A DNA stretch of 64,000 nt from Schizochytrium sp. TIO01. Taxonomy: Eukaryota; Protista; Bigyra: Labyrinthulomycetes. Below the pieces are notes generated by a model, which was not told the DNA's origin, searched no databases, and was given only the letters and a program-made list of their open reading frames with translations. The stretch is taken from contig SMSO01000031.1 of assembly GCA_004764695.1 (NCBI GenBank), forward strand, positions 6,554,761 through 6,618,760. Direction: 5' to 3'. A program made the position numbers and the translations under genes. Below, one piece after another: positions 1 through 12,324 of this stretch (within the stretch, counting starts at the first letter, position 1; every line of letters starts with the position of its first letter).

Positions 1-1046
1 AAGATTTGAGATGCATATGTTACTTCTAGTTGATGTGGCCGAAATTGAAGTCAGACGCATTATTTTCCAAGAATCCTGTTATCAGGAACCAGCGGAGCAT
101 ACAGTAAGATATTTGATAGCCCTTCTTAACTCGGAGTTAGTAGGCACGATGAAGTGGGTACTTATGTTAGGTATTAAGGCCAGAAGAGAATAACAAGCGC
201 ACTTGTAAACTCTCCATAGGATCCAGCTTTCTAAATCTTAAGCTTGTTATTTTAGATATACATGAAATCTTTTACTCGATAGAATATTTGTAAGCCATGC
301 TTCATGTCTTACAAATAAATGATTAAGATCACGGTGTCTGCTGTAATTCATATTAATTCATATTGAAGCCGCGATAGTGCTAATCAGGTGCATACACCTT
401 TCCTCCTTTCAAGCCTCTCGCTCTCGTTCAAAATCAATGACATCATCCATAGCTATCCGCTAAAGCATAAATTTCCCATGAGTTGATTGGCACCGACATA
501 AGTATGCTTTCATAGTTCTATGCGAAGAAGATGATTATATTCTGGTGCTTGCTTGCTTGCTTGCTTGAAATCAAGTATCTTCAAACATTTTGTGGATGAC
601 AATTCACAAGATACAACAAGCAATGTAAGAAAGAGACTTTTGGAGGTGACGTCGTACAGAAGTAAATCATAAAAATTAATATTATTTCACCAAATAGGGG
701 TACTGTATAACAACAATACACGATCATGTCTGGACAAGAAAATTAACACGTGTAGTTTCCAATTGTGATGTCTATAGTTTTGTCATAGTATTTGGAGTAT
801 TCTATCAATTGTTTAATGGTGAAATTTAAGGTAAATCAAGTGCACTGAAAAGAACAAAGAAACGAAAGCAGAGCCTTCTGATAAGTGTCGAGAATTCAGA
901 TGGGTCATACTTTTTTCTTTGGAAGAAAAGGACAAACTAGTTAAGAGAGAGAAGAACGGATTGGCTCAGCATATGCTCATAGATCATCCATTTTGGGATA
1001 CTTCCATGGATTTATCTTTGAAAACAAGCGAAGCGCTGTTGTAGGT

Positions 1047-2921
1047 TCACGAAGATTCACTCTTAGCACGCTTCACTTCGGCAGTTTCTTCTGCTGCAAG
1101 ACCCTCAGCTTTGCGTTTCCCGGCGTCTGTGGTCTCAGAGCTTTCAGGTTTATCGTCATTGGAGGTTTCCTTAGTAGACTCATCCGACTCTTGGGATGGA
1201 GCCGCTGCCTTCTTGCGAACTTGCAAAAGGTTTGTCGGTGCTGCAGAAACAGACTCTGCTGCGGTACTTGAGGGCTTATCGAAAGCGCTCGATGTAGTTT
1301 CATTGTTTTCGTTTTCATTATTAGACGCTGACCCGATAGCATCCTCAACAACATCACCGGCGGATCCAGTCAAAGCCCGTGTGGCCTCTGGATTCTCAAG
1401 CACAATGTAAATATCATCCACCTTCATCTTGAGCTCATCAATCATAATCACAAATCTCTCAGCACCCTCGGCTTCCTCCTTCAGATCGTCCTTGGAAGGT
1501 AAAGTGCCGAGAAGCTTATCAAGCTGAACCTTTGCCTTCGCAAGTGCGGATTTTTCGGCACTGGACAAGGGGGGGTCTTCGCCCTCCTCAGATTTCTTGG
1601 CTGGGGCCTTTGATGGGCTAGTTTTAGCAGGTTCCTTGCCACTGCTATCCATTTTAGCGTCGCCATCGTCTTCATCATCGTCGTTTGCATCATCGTTAGC
1701 CTTAGCTTCATCATCGCCAGCGGCTTTCTCGCTATCAACCCGCACCTCATCAAGGGCAGAGATGATATCTTCAAGGCCAGTCTTGTCGGCCTTGAGCAAG
1801 TACTGGCGGTGGATTGCGATATGCACCATGGCGGCGAGGTAGTGTCGCAGGGAGTGAATCTGATGCACGCGCATTTCACTGACAGTGTCTACACTGGAAG
1901 AACAGAATACATGAGCTGTGGCAAGATGAGTGTGAATATCAGCCAGATCAAGGTGGGGAGAGTTATCTTGGGACGTTTCCTCCTTACGCTCCAAAGCCTT
2001 TGCTAGACTCTTGGCATAGTCTTCTACGGAAGCCTCGAAGAGGCCCCGCTCCATGCTTAGGTCACCCAGGCGAAGATAAATGTTCACCATGATCTTATGG
2101 ACGTAATCATTGACCTCCTTGCTGTGATCTGCGTCTTCGACTTTGCCAAAGATGACTCGAGCGCTCTCCATTGTCTCCCAGGCAATGCTCATGATTTCCT
2201 CAATGTCGTCGGCAGTCATGCTAGAGTCATTTCCTTCCTCACCCTCTGCAGGTGCTTCCGCCTGGTCATCCTTAGAATCGTCTTCTTCCTCGGCATCGCC
2301 GTCTTCTGCGGCAGTAGCATCTTTAGGAGCGGACTCTGCCTCAGATGCCGGAGCGGCTCCACCCATGAGAGCACTCAGATCAGCACCAGCAAGAGACTCT
2401 TGCCATTGTTTCAGGACGTCGTCGGTGGGGTCTTCGTTATGCTCAGACTTGTATGCGTTGATAAGTTCTTGAAGAATTGCGTCAACGTCGAATCCGCCAG
2501 CAGGGGCGCCAACATCACCAGCAGCAGAACTCTCATCCTTGGACTTCTCTTCAGGCTTATCCTCGGATTCCTTCTCTACCTCAGCGGGGGCAGCAGAAGA
2601 TGAAGAGGAGGATGAAGAAGACGCAGCAGGCTGGTCACCCTTTGATTCACCAGTCTCTTCTGTTTGCTTTTTGTGCTTGACAGATTCTCCAAAAACATTT
2701 GAAGAGCTTTCAACTTGAAGCAACAGAGCGTTGCCGTACTCGAAGTAAGCCTTTGCAACAGGGGTGCCGAGGTCTCCGTGTTCCTCCACAAGTTCTGCAA
2801 CAGCTTCTCCAAGCTTATCAACAGCCTCGCCGTACTTCTTCTCCTTCAGGAGTTTCTTGCCCTCCTTGTACGACTCTAGTTTCTCCACGAGAGTAAGCTG
2901 CTCCATGACGGAATCTGCCAT
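1047..2921 (-). CDS. NASP: NASP/Sim3/Hif1-family histone chaperone (SHNi-TPR protein)
   Basis: 624-aa intact ORF. TPR1/2 (YGEAVDKLGEA...AYFEYGNALL) is interrupted by a long acidic insert, followed by AWETMESARVIF and IYLRLGDLSMERGLFEASVEDYAKSL (SHNi-TPR) and a C-terminal bipartite NLS (KRKA...KRAK). Confidence 0.85.
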   Translation of the reverse strand: MADSVMEQLTLVEKLESYKEGKKLLKEKKYGEAVDKLGEAVAELVEEHGDLGTPVAKAYFEYGNALLLQVESSSNVFGESVKHKKQTEETGESKGDQPAASSSSSSSSSAAPAEVEKESEDKPEEKSKDESSAAGDVGAPAGGFDVDAILQELINAYKSEHNEDPTDDVLKQWQESLAGADLSALMGGAAPASEAESAPKDATAAEDGDAEEEDDSKDDQAEAPAEGEEGNDSSMTADDIEEIMSIAWETMESARVIFGKVEDADHSKEVNDYVHKIMVNIYLRLGDLSMERGLFEASVEDYAKSLAKALERKEETSQDNSPHLDLADIHTHLATAHVFCSSSVDTVSEMRVHQIHSLRHYLAAMVHIAIHRQYLLKADKTGLEDIISALDEVRVDSEKAAGDDEAKANDDANDDDEDDGDAKMDSSGKEPAKTSPSKAPAKKSEEGEDPPLSSAEKSALAKAKVQLDKLLGTLPSKDDLKEEAEGAERFVIMIDELKMKVDDIYIVLENPEATRALTGSAGDVVEDAIGSASNNENENNETTSSAFDKPSSTAAESVSAAPTNLLQVRKKAAAPSQESDESTKETSNDDKPESSETTDAGKRKAEGLAAEETAEVKRAKSESS

Positions 2922-3917
2922 TTTATCTCAACTCAAATCTATCCTAGGTAGCTCTTCCCCAACCCGTTGCTGTTCTACCGTCCCAACGCAACAAACAACA
3001 CAGCGGAGGAAACGAGTCACCGCGATCCGTCAGAACCGGCAACGGGATCAAACCACCGAAGTGCTCGTGTCTAAACTCGAGTGCTTTGCCACCGTGGTTA
3101 GGATTCTGCTTCGCCTTTTTTGCTTTGCTCTTTTATTCCAAAGGAACTCTCAGAGGCGCGAACTCACTGAGTCAAACTGCGAATTTGCTAACAGTTTACA
3201 TATCATTAACTATAGGAATAGCACGTAGTTGTTGGAAGAAGGCAAGCAGGAGTCTAACGACGACTTTGAGGAAATTTGGGAGCATAGTGAAATAGCGAAA
3301 ATCTTCGCGAAGTACCGCAAGATTGAGGACAGCAAATGTGCAGCTTGTTAGAGCATATGGGCAATGCTCGCAGTGTGGGTCGGGTTTTGAATGTAGAATA
3401 AAAGCACATTTGTATTGATTGTGCAACAGAAGCTGCATTGGATTGTACCTTTAGGCCGAACTTTTCAGGGTCGAACATGTTATTCTCCTGCAATGGCGAA
3501 GGCATGACTCGTCTTTGGCCTATGCAGAAGATTTAGAGAGGAGTTGAATTTAAACAAACACATTGCGAACTGAAGAACTGAATTGCACTCCAATCGCCTT
3601 TCTCTGGAATTCATTATTCTAAGGAGTACCAAGTAAGGCGAAGTACTCCTTATTAACAGGAAGTGCAAAGATTTGATTATGTGTTACTAGAACTGTAAAG
3701 CTTTCACTACCCTCCTAGATGTTCAAGCTATGTACAGATCTGTACCTTAGTTGCCCATATCATCTGAATAGATTCTAATACCATCTCAATCGGAAAAGTC
3801 GTGAACATGATAACCAGACAAGAACAACACTGTTTAATATGTGAAGCAGTAAATGCATTACCTTGGAAAACCATGCAACAGTATGAAGAAATCCGTGTGC
3901 TTGAGACAATGTCAGTG

Positions 3918-5685
3918 CTAAATAAGAGTAACAATCTCAATTCCAAAGAGCTTCAGTTTTGAAAGTGCATGAAATGAATCACCTTGCGAACATATCCGGA
4001 TATAAAGAGGGCAATTCGGTCGCTGTGATAGAAGGGATAAGTCCTGATTAAGCATTCGCGTGACACTTTGTGATGATTTGTCATCCCACTTACAGTTAAC
4101 AGTCTCCCTGTAAAATGGAACAGTGCTATCTAATTCGCTTTTATCTACTCTTTTCTGACAAGATGGAGGCTGAAGAAGGCTGACCTCTGCCCGACTAATA
4201 TTCACATAAGTATGCAAAAGATTCAGGGAAATGAGAGATACAGGTTCACGCAGCTTAGTGTTTATCATCATACAACTATCGCTGCTCATGGTTAGTGCTG
4301 CTTTTGGCTTATTTTGTAAATCTGTCCCAAAAGTCCAATTGAAAGTGAGTTCTGGCATGGTGTATTTATCATAGTTCTTCTGCGTGTCAAATCGGATTAC
4401 TTTTTTGGGCTTTTTTTGAATTAAGCGGTCAAGTGTTTCACTCATTGTTAGAGGAGCAGGTGATATGTTGATCGGAGACATCATGTTGGGCCAAAATACA
4501 AGACCTCCTGTTTCCAAGCGATTAATCATTTTCGCGAAAGTCCAACCAAGCACAGAGGCCCCTAAGTTGTGCCCAAGTTTTGTTGGATGCCAGAGGTCAC
4601 TATAAAAGCACTCCATTAGAAATCTTGCAAACTATCTGAATGCAAAGGTCCAAGCATTCGCATAACATTAACTTGGGGTAAATCATAATATTCAAGCACA
4701 CGCAAATGCGCGTTTGCTGCGTTTGTGCTGTACGGAGGAGGATGGTTTCCAAGTCCAGTCTCGTGTAACAAGTTCAAACCACAGCATTGCAACGCTTGGA
4801 TGAGAAACTCGCATATATCTAATGATCGCTTCTGTCCAGAATTCGCCTGGGACTAAATTATGAGAACTGCCTTCCGCAGAATTCTTAAACTTGCCAAGCA
4901 TCATATCAACATCATTGGAAGCTGCTTCAAAGATAACTAAATCAACTGTCTGAAGATAAGAAGAACTCGATTTATCCCGTAGAATTCGAAAGTGAACATC
5001 TGACCCGCAAGCATGCTTGCTCCAGTTATCAACAGTATGTTGTTGCTCGACTGGAGAGCCTGTTTTGGAGTTAGTAGAGCATGGGTATCTTTCATTGAGC
5101 AACTCTGCAAGGCGAGTAGGCCATGCATCTTTTCTGCCTCCGGGACCATCTGTTTCAGTTCCGTTTCCGGAATAGCCGACGGAGACAGAGCCTCCCATGG
5201 CTAAAATTCGCACACACTGGCCACTAGCAAGCTTCTCTAGAAATTTGGCAAAATGTGCCTCATTCCCAACATTTGTTTGGGTTCGCAAGCACATGTTGGA
5301 GCTCAGATTTTCCATGATTTGAGCGCAGGTTGGTTTCTTCTGAATCAAATACTCGCCAAACAAAGAAGCATCATAACAAGGAACATCCCTGGTACTATGG
5401 TTGGATGCGATGAATACACTCATTGTTATTAGTGTCGTTGATAACATTTTCTTGATAGCTCCCGATGTTGCTAGTAGAGGTATTGAAAACTTCAATTGAA
5501 GTACTGTTGACACTGAGAGGTAGGAGAGGTAGTTCCTTATTCTCGCATATCGTTAAAGACGTATGGGTCTGCGATCGCTGTCCTGCCAGAAACGCAAAGA
5601 CCAGGAGTATGCTTAAAATACCTAGTTTCGCTCTTGTATGAAAAATGCTTTCGTCACTTCCTGTGCAGTTGAAAACCTTTCTCAT
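3918..5685 (-). CDS. SGNH/GDSL-hydrolase-like type II membrane protein, interrupted by about 3 frameshifts (assembly error or pseudogene)
   Basis: Consecutive ORFs join into one protein: signal anchor LGILSILLVFAFLAG (5395-5685); block I ILAMGGSVS and block III DLVIFEAASND (4692-5513); an out-of-frame linker HLRVLEYYDLPQVNVM (about 4745-4620); block V DLWHP (3918-4616). No intron signals at the breaks. Confidence 0.7.
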
Positions 5686-7180
5686 TCTTTTGCTTCACAA
5701 CAGTCGTGCACTGAGCGTACTAGACTCCTCAACTTCGTCTCAAGAGTTATGCCCTTTGCCCGCGCTGCCTCCACAGCAGAGAGTCGTCTTCCGGCCTCCA
5801 AATGATACTTGGCCATGCAACACGTGCAGCTAAATAGGCGTAACTGTGCATTTTCTGTGGCACTTGCGCATACACAGTCTACTCCAGTAGCTATTATTTA
5901 GGTAGAATCCTAAGCCACAGTTAAGCTCTGTGGCATCTAATGAGTCCGTTAGGGCCCGATGTAGCAGAACTGCGCAACAAGGTTTGCTAGTTTTATGAAG
6001 TTTGAGGAGTAAAATGGTTATTGTGTAGGAGCGTTTATCAGGAGAGTTGCCAGCGTTATCTTTTGAAAGAGCGCAGATGCGGGGTTTGGACGGAAAAAAC
6101 ATATTCGATTGATTGACTGGTGTAACGTTGAGTGAAATGTTTTAATAGAACACCTACAGAGTAGAGAATATATTTATAAGGACTAATTGATAACCTTGTG
6201 GGATAAACTAATACCTAGCAGGTAAAGGTCTTCACTCTAAGCGGAGTTTGCTCATGTTAGGTGAATTACATACATACTAAATCTATGGTGCTTCCTTGAG
6301 ATGTTGAAAGAATATTTTGCGGGATGAACCGTGCAAGTTCGATTCAAAGCTAAACTCTCAAAATATTGTATGGCTTTGCTACCCTTTAGCACAATATGGG
6401 TCAATGAAAAGGGTTAATATATGCAACAAACAGGTTGCCTAATCTCCAGCTGAAGAAATATTCAAAAATTATACAGCTTGCGCTGATATCGAACCGTTTG
6501 ATACTAAATTCATTTTTCGAGCGTGTGAGAATGACTTTTCAGTAAGCCAAAATGAAAAAGAGTGACACTCTGACTTGTTGATCAACATTATCAGCACCAC
6601 TAGAAACATCTCGGTACGCTCACATAAGCAGGAAACATGCAACAGTTTACTGTAAGTGGGGACATGACCAGCAAATGTAGGCTTCAATCGTGAGCCCCAT
6701 GGTGACTCTAAGATGGATAGCTTCCATGAATCTCACCCCACGAAAGCCCACGAAAGGGAGGGAAGCACCTTTAGACAATCCTGTTATTCCTTTCCCTCCT
6801 CGAAAGATATTTGGTCTCATCGCAACGCGAGGATTTCAGATTTTGAGTGAGTCATTTCTCTCACGTGCGATCAGTCTTTCAGGAATTGTAGGTCCCTCTA
6901 AAAATGCACACTAGTTACTCCTAATTTATAGCTAGTAGCCTCTCTGAGAGTATAGTGCTACCTACTATATGGAGAAAAAAGGGGAGAACTATCAAAGCGA
7001 GAAGCGCCCGAGCAAGGCCATGTTCTGAAACGGCGATGATTTGGTGAGGATTTGGTTTGAGCAATTCCCAAACAAGAATATTTCCAAACCAGTTCCTTTC
7101 TTGGAAGCTTGATACGACCTGCCCGTCGTCACTACGTTCAAAGCCAAGGTGGCACAGGGGTTGGCTATAGCTCATCCACC

Positions 7181-8459
7181 ATGACACGTATTCGGGCGAT
7201 CTTCTCAGACCTTGACGTAAGTTAGAGAGCAGACTTGACTAGGGAACTTGAAGACTCACGCACAATATTGCGTTATCGCCTGTTTTGACTGTGATCCTTT
7301 ACAATTGTTAATATCGACAATAATTACTCTGGCTGTTTGCTTTGTCGAGATAATTGTATCGTGGTGTGGAGCGTGAACCTTTGTTATTATTACAGGGGAC
7401 CCTCACCCACTTTGAAAAATACTTTAACAAGCAAGGTGCCCGTGTGGAGGATATGTGCTCTGAAAAAGGAACCGCCAAGTTTGTAATGGGCGATGAAACA
7501 GTGAGTCAGTCTAATGGTATGATTTTTTCTTGGTTCACCACAAACTGCCATGATGCTGACTAATTAATTTTCATGTAATGCGATTTGTAGCGGGAGTGTG
7601 TTTTATTGCCGACTACAACGATGGGTTCTGGACTGATGAGCAAGAAGTCCATTAAGCTTATTCGCTCCCTTCGAGACCATGGTGTGCATTTCGTTTATGT
7701 CACAGGTGCGAGAAAGTCAACACTCATGGAGCGCCTCCCGATCATGGGCCATGTTGACGCCGCCTTTGGGGAAACTGGTGGTAGATACCTAACAGACAAT
7801 TGCATCAATCTGGACAAGGAATGGTAAGTAAAACCAATCCAAACATAAAACCTCTACACTGCCATGTACTAATTTTATGCTTCATGCAATCGTACGAAAT
7901 TGTTGTAGGACTTCCCTGATGGAGAAATTCTGTGGACCTGAGTCAACAGAGCTCCCGCCCTTAGAGCGTGAGGGTGTTCTTTGGGACTGGGCTCGTAAAC
8001 TCTCTGAACGCGGCTATGAAATAGACGCCCGTAGCTACTACTTTGGTTTTCGAGTAGATCTGGAGAAGCAGTCAAATGACGAGTGTAAATCTGATGAGGC
8101 TTTTTGTGACTTTGTAAACAAGAATTTACCTGAGGATTTAGCAACTTCAACCAATATTGGAAAATATGACTTCTTCCCTAAAGTGTCTGGTAAAGGGAAA
8201 TGCGGTGCGACACTACATGAAGAAGTTCGACATTAAGCCTGAAGAAGCAGTTGCACTTTTTGATGACGAAAATGACCTGCCAATGGCAGACGCTGTCGAA
8301 CATTGCTACGTCATGCAGGCGACGCACCATACTATTGAGAAAGCTCTTGAAACAAACCCACACTGGCATCAGGCAAAAGGCGTAGGAGTAATTGCAACGG
8401 AGGAGGTTCTTCAGACACTGCTCGATCAGTGCGAAAAAGACGCTAGAAGCACAAACTAA
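7181..8459 (+). CDS. HAD-superfamily IIB (Cof/sucrose-phosphatase-like) hydrolase, 4 exons
   Basis: Exons 7181-7216, 7396-7500, 7591-7823, 7909-8459 with GT..AG introns. Splicing rebuilds motif I (FSDLD|GTL). Motif II VTGAR, motif III SGKGNAV and motif IV LFDDENDLPM are present. One extra base in AAAGGGAAA (about 8195-8200) shifts the frame. Confidence 0.85.
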
Positions 8460-9782
8460 GCAGAACTCCCCCACTCGGATAACGTTTATGGCATTTCTAG
8501 ACTGCTGTGCTGTCTGCATTTCTATGCACATGTAGGTGCCAAGCATTAAGTAAACTTATTTGCTCTTTCCTTTTCTCAACTGCCAAAACTTTCCTACATC
8601 ATTGTTCTTCCTGAGTATACCTTAAATTCAGGCAGTCTCTAATCCATCTTTGTCTCAGGATAATGAAGTTGATCTACTTGCCATCAGCAATGCGAAAGAT
8701 ACAATCAAACGTCTTGCTACCTGAAAGTGTATTTTATAATTTACCCATGCCAATCATAGTACACTCCGTCTTCCAGACTTAGGACATCTTCGCCCAATCG
8801 AGGGAGGGAGTGCTTGTCAATGATTAGTATATCTGTTAGCCCTCGCAAAAGTCAGAATCAGGTCTTTATGTGGAAATAATAAGCACGGACCATTTCTTCG
8901 CTTCTGCTTCCAAGCCAGCTCGTAAAGCATTATTCTAGCTCCATAGTTCCGACATCTAACGCCCCAGAACCGTAGAATACTTAATGCTTTCCACGGATAA
9001 GCTCAGCTAAGAGGTCCTAGGAGTTTTGCTATCACGCATGTTGAAATCAATATGGAAAGTCTTTCAGCAGATCCTCACGGATTGATGCAGAAAGCCTGTT
9101 CGCACCTCGAATTCGCGCGTGAATCGAGTCTCGACCCTTGCAGTACCTGAATGTAGAGAAAACTCGTTGCTGCCTTTGCTGGTCGTCGCAAGTCCCTCGC
9201 AAGCTACGAACTCGACTGAAAGCAGCTGAGAAACCATTGGAAAATGTATAAAGCTAACCTTGATCTAATGTATGATTATTAATTATATACTAGGTAGTAC
9301 GACCATTGCCACCTTCGATCGAGCGAACAAAACCCAAACACGAAATCCAACGAAGCGAGTTCTTTGCGGCGAGCCTTGCTTTGGGCTCCTCGCTTGACGG
9401 TGGCGCTGGATTTACGTCGACGAGAGCTGCAGAGGGGTGCTCTCAGCACCAGGAAAATAGAAGTTCCTCGGACTTGACCAGTACGAACCTACTGACCTAA
9501 GCTAAATTGGAGTACCAGCTGGCAAGGGTTGAGAGCATTTCTGTTTTGGGGAGGCGATACAGCGACTGCTCCGCGCAGACTCGTTTGCAAAAGTTGCAGT
9601 AACTGGTGGAGTTACGGAGTCTTGTTGTAAACTTTCGTTTGTTTGAGTGTTTGTTTATATATTGTGGAAACTGGGCTTTCTGAAACTCTGAGATCTGCTA
9701 CGTATTGATAACAGCGGATTGTAAACAGGAAAAGTCTAGAGGACTTTAACTATTGAGAGCAGTTGCGTCAGAATAGTGCATA

Positions 9783-11924
9783 ATGAAGTTTGGCAAGCGC
9801 CTCGAAGATGATCTCGCAGAACCGCGCTGGGAAGAACATTATGTGCGTTACCGGGTCTTGAAGAAGATGATCAAGGTCCTCTCATTGCTGGGCAAAGATG
9901 CGAATGAGCAACTACTTGAGGAAACCCTGATGCTTTTTCCCCGCAAGAAGAAGAAGAAGTTGCTCCGCGGATTGCGGGACACTGAGGTGAATTGCACGGT
10001 GTGCAAACGGTGGAACCTTTTCTCCTCCATTCTGCTCGAGGACGTTGCACACGTGCGTGGTTTTCTGAGCTCCACTGTGCACGGTTTGCAAGTATCTTTC
10101 TATAACAACATCCACCCTCAAGTAGCAGCGCTGCTCAACGACATCCGTATGGGCGGAGAACCCCGTCTTTATCCTGGCAGTAAAGAAACAATTTTGCTCG
10201 CAAGGTTTGCCGTCTTCCTGGATACATTAGAGGCACTGCGGCGTTTTGTTGTGGTCAACGACATGGCCATGGTTAAGGTTATCAAAAAGTTTAAGAAACG
10301 CGTCCTATCCTCAGTGGATGTTGATGCACCTGCTTGCTGCGAACAGTGTGCTAAGCATATGCTCAAACGTCGCGCTTTCTCTTTGGAACACCTCCTGAAG
10401 TCCTCGATGGGAAGTAGCGATGTGGAGCCTGATGAGGAAGCTGATCTGTACAGCAGCAGTGATGACGAAGCTATGGGACGTCTCAAGACCCAGAGTGCTC
10501 CGAGTTCAAAGGTTGAAGGTTTTGCTGATACTCAGATTCCTCAGGAGGGTTGCATTAAGACGGCGGCTTCAGAAGTAGTTCTTTCACAGAAACCCTTTTT
10601 ACGAAAATTAGAGAACGAATGCAGCTCGGAGTGTGACACTATTGCTAAGCTCGAGGCTGCAGCAGAAACTCTTTTGTCTCGCACAATGGTGTCAAGCAGT
10701 GTATATCATGATTTCATTGTAGATCAACAGACTCAGTTGCAGGGGCAACGGCAGCAGGAGAAGCTTGCCCGCGTAGAAGCTCGTGCAAAGATGCTCACCC
10801 GTCTTACTCGCCACATCGATATGGAAAACCAAGTGCGCCCTGCAACGTTTCTACTTGTGGGAGTGATCCTGCCTCTCCTAACTCTTGTTGCTACATACTA
10901 CGTTTCAAGCACCATTTATATTGATGAAAACAAGAGTATGACCATCTTCGATGAGAAGGGTTTTTTCATTAGCGCAAGTCTAGATGTTGCTCCGGCATCT
11001 AACATTGGCACGTTAGGTCTAACCACTACTTTGATGATGCTGTCGGTAATTATCTTTGTCAAACATAAGCTTGTGAAAAAGCAACTTCGAGGTCGCCAGT
11101 GGATGCGCACACATCGTATTGCCACGGCCTTTGGCATGATGTCTCTCTTTTGTGGCAATGGTGTGGCGGCCTTTCAACATAATGCCAATGCCACCGCCCA
11201 CAATACCTTTGCTGCACTTTTTTTTGTATTTGGCATGATTCATGTCGTCCTTGAGACTATGTTGGACCTGATGTTTAGTTTGTCAATGCCATTCACGCGC
11301 AAAGCTCGAGTGACCATCGCTATTGTATTGATTATCTCCGTTCTAGGGTTTCTTGGACCAATGTCCTATGTTTTAGTTCACGAGCCTCCTCCGGATGTTT
11401 TGCGGTACTACAAGCACGTTGCGGCATGCTTCGAAATCACTGCCTTCGCCTGCTTTGTTCTTTGGTTCGGTAGCTATTACTCGATAATGAAGGCCAGTCA
11501 GTTCAAATTGCACGTAGTGCACCGTGTGCGCCTCGACAGCTCAGAAGACCTTACGAACTTGCGTTTCTCGCACCACATTCACCGTCGTCAAAATTCAATG
11601 GACTCTCTAGAGTCTTTTGACTCGGACCTTGGTTCTGCGGAGGATAATAGCCCTAAAATGCTCTCTTTCGAAGATGCTGTTGCAGAACAAGAGGCGCGTG
11701 CGCATGCTTCCAGTATTGATGCGTCCTATGTATCCGATGATGACGATGACGACGATGACGACGACGATGATGAAAACGACGAGGACACAGCTGCTGGCAA
11801 CCGTTTCTTTAAGCGTCAGAGGAGTATTGTACATGTGGAGAGCAATCCACGGATGGGCCTTGATCTTGATGATATTGCGTTTCACGAGGCTCGTCAAAAT
11901 TCTGGCAAACTGAAAGCCATGTAA
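9783..11924 (+). CDS. SPX-domain protein fused to a Frag1/DRAM/Sfk1 (TMEM150-like) 6-TM domain with an acidic tail
   Basis: N-terminal MKFGKRL..W..HYVRYRVLKKMIK and LRRFVVVNDMAMVKVIKKFKKR (SPX helices and Lys cluster). About 6 hydrophobic segments with FISASLDVAPASNIG, AHNTFAALFF and ACFEITAF, which resemble the Frag1/DRAM family. Poly-Asp tail. Confidence 0.8.
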   Translation: MKFGKRLEDDLAEPRWEEHYVRYRVLKKMIKVLSLLGKDANEQLLEETLMLFPRKKKKKLLRGLRDTEVNCTVCKRWNLFSSILLEDVAHVRGFLSSTVHGLQVSFYNNIHPQVAALLNDIRMGGEPRLYPGSKETILLARFAVFLDTLEALRRFVVVNDMAMVKVIKKFKKRVLSSVDVDAPACCEQCAKHMLKRRAFSLEHLLKSSMGSSDVEPDEEADLYSSSDDEAMGRLKTQSAPSSKVEGFADTQIPQEGCIKTAASEVVLSQKPFLRKLENECSSECDTIAKLEAAAETLLSRTMVSSSVYHDFIVDQQTQLQGQRQQEKLARVEARAKMLTRLTRHIDMENQVRPATFLLVGVILPLLTLVATYYVSSTIYIDENKSMTIFDEKGFFISASLDVAPASNIGTLGLTTTLMMLSVIIFVKHKLVKKQLRGRQWMRTHRIATAFGMMSLFCGNGVAAFQHNANATAHNTFAALFFVFGMIHVVLETMLDLMFSLSMPFTRKARVTIAIVLIISVLGFLGPMSYVLVHEPPPDVLRYYKHVAACFEITAFACFVLWFGSYYSIMKASQFKLHVVHRVRLDSSEDLTNLRFSHHIHRRQNSMDSLESFDSDLGSAEDNSPKMLSFEDAVAEQEARAHASSIDASYVSDDDDDDDDDDDDENDEDTAAGNRFFKRQRSIVHVESNPRMGLDLDDIAFHEARQNSGKLKAM

Positions 11925-12324
11925 AGTAAACTTATTCCGTCACCAATTGTCGAATGTCGAATGTAGATTGTAGATTGTAGATGATCGTTTTTTGTCTAAT
12001 CCAAGATTGTATCTTTCTTTCCTTCCCGAATAATTCACCTCCACAAATGCATGCATGAATAACTATCATTTTGCCTTTATTATAGTCACAAGACCGAAAA
12101 GATCACTCAACCAAAATTTTCAATTGTATCGAAGCACTAACTCGTTTCCGGATTCAGGTTAATTTGTATTTTCGATTTAGTAGGGTAAACTCGGTGTCAG
12201 GGTACGCGTCGTGATTCTTTGTTCAGTCACATGAATAGGATTGGATAATCAGCATAGACATTAGCATATATCATGGTGTTCAAGGGATTTCATATTCTGA
12301 GTGGTGTGTGTGTGGGGGGGGGGC

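Noticed and set aside
3196-3668. Three overlapping short minus-strand ORFs between the NASP and SGNH genes
   Set aside because: No recognisable motif or splice structure, so a gene cannot be supported.
6337-6346. GTTCGATTC T-loop-like word
   Set aside because: The flanks do not form a cloverleaf, so no tRNA is supported.
8190-8200. AAAGGGAAA as a programmed frameshift signal in the HAD gene
   Set aside because: Similar single-base homopolymer indels of both signs occur in four other unrelated genes, so sequencing error is more parsimonious.
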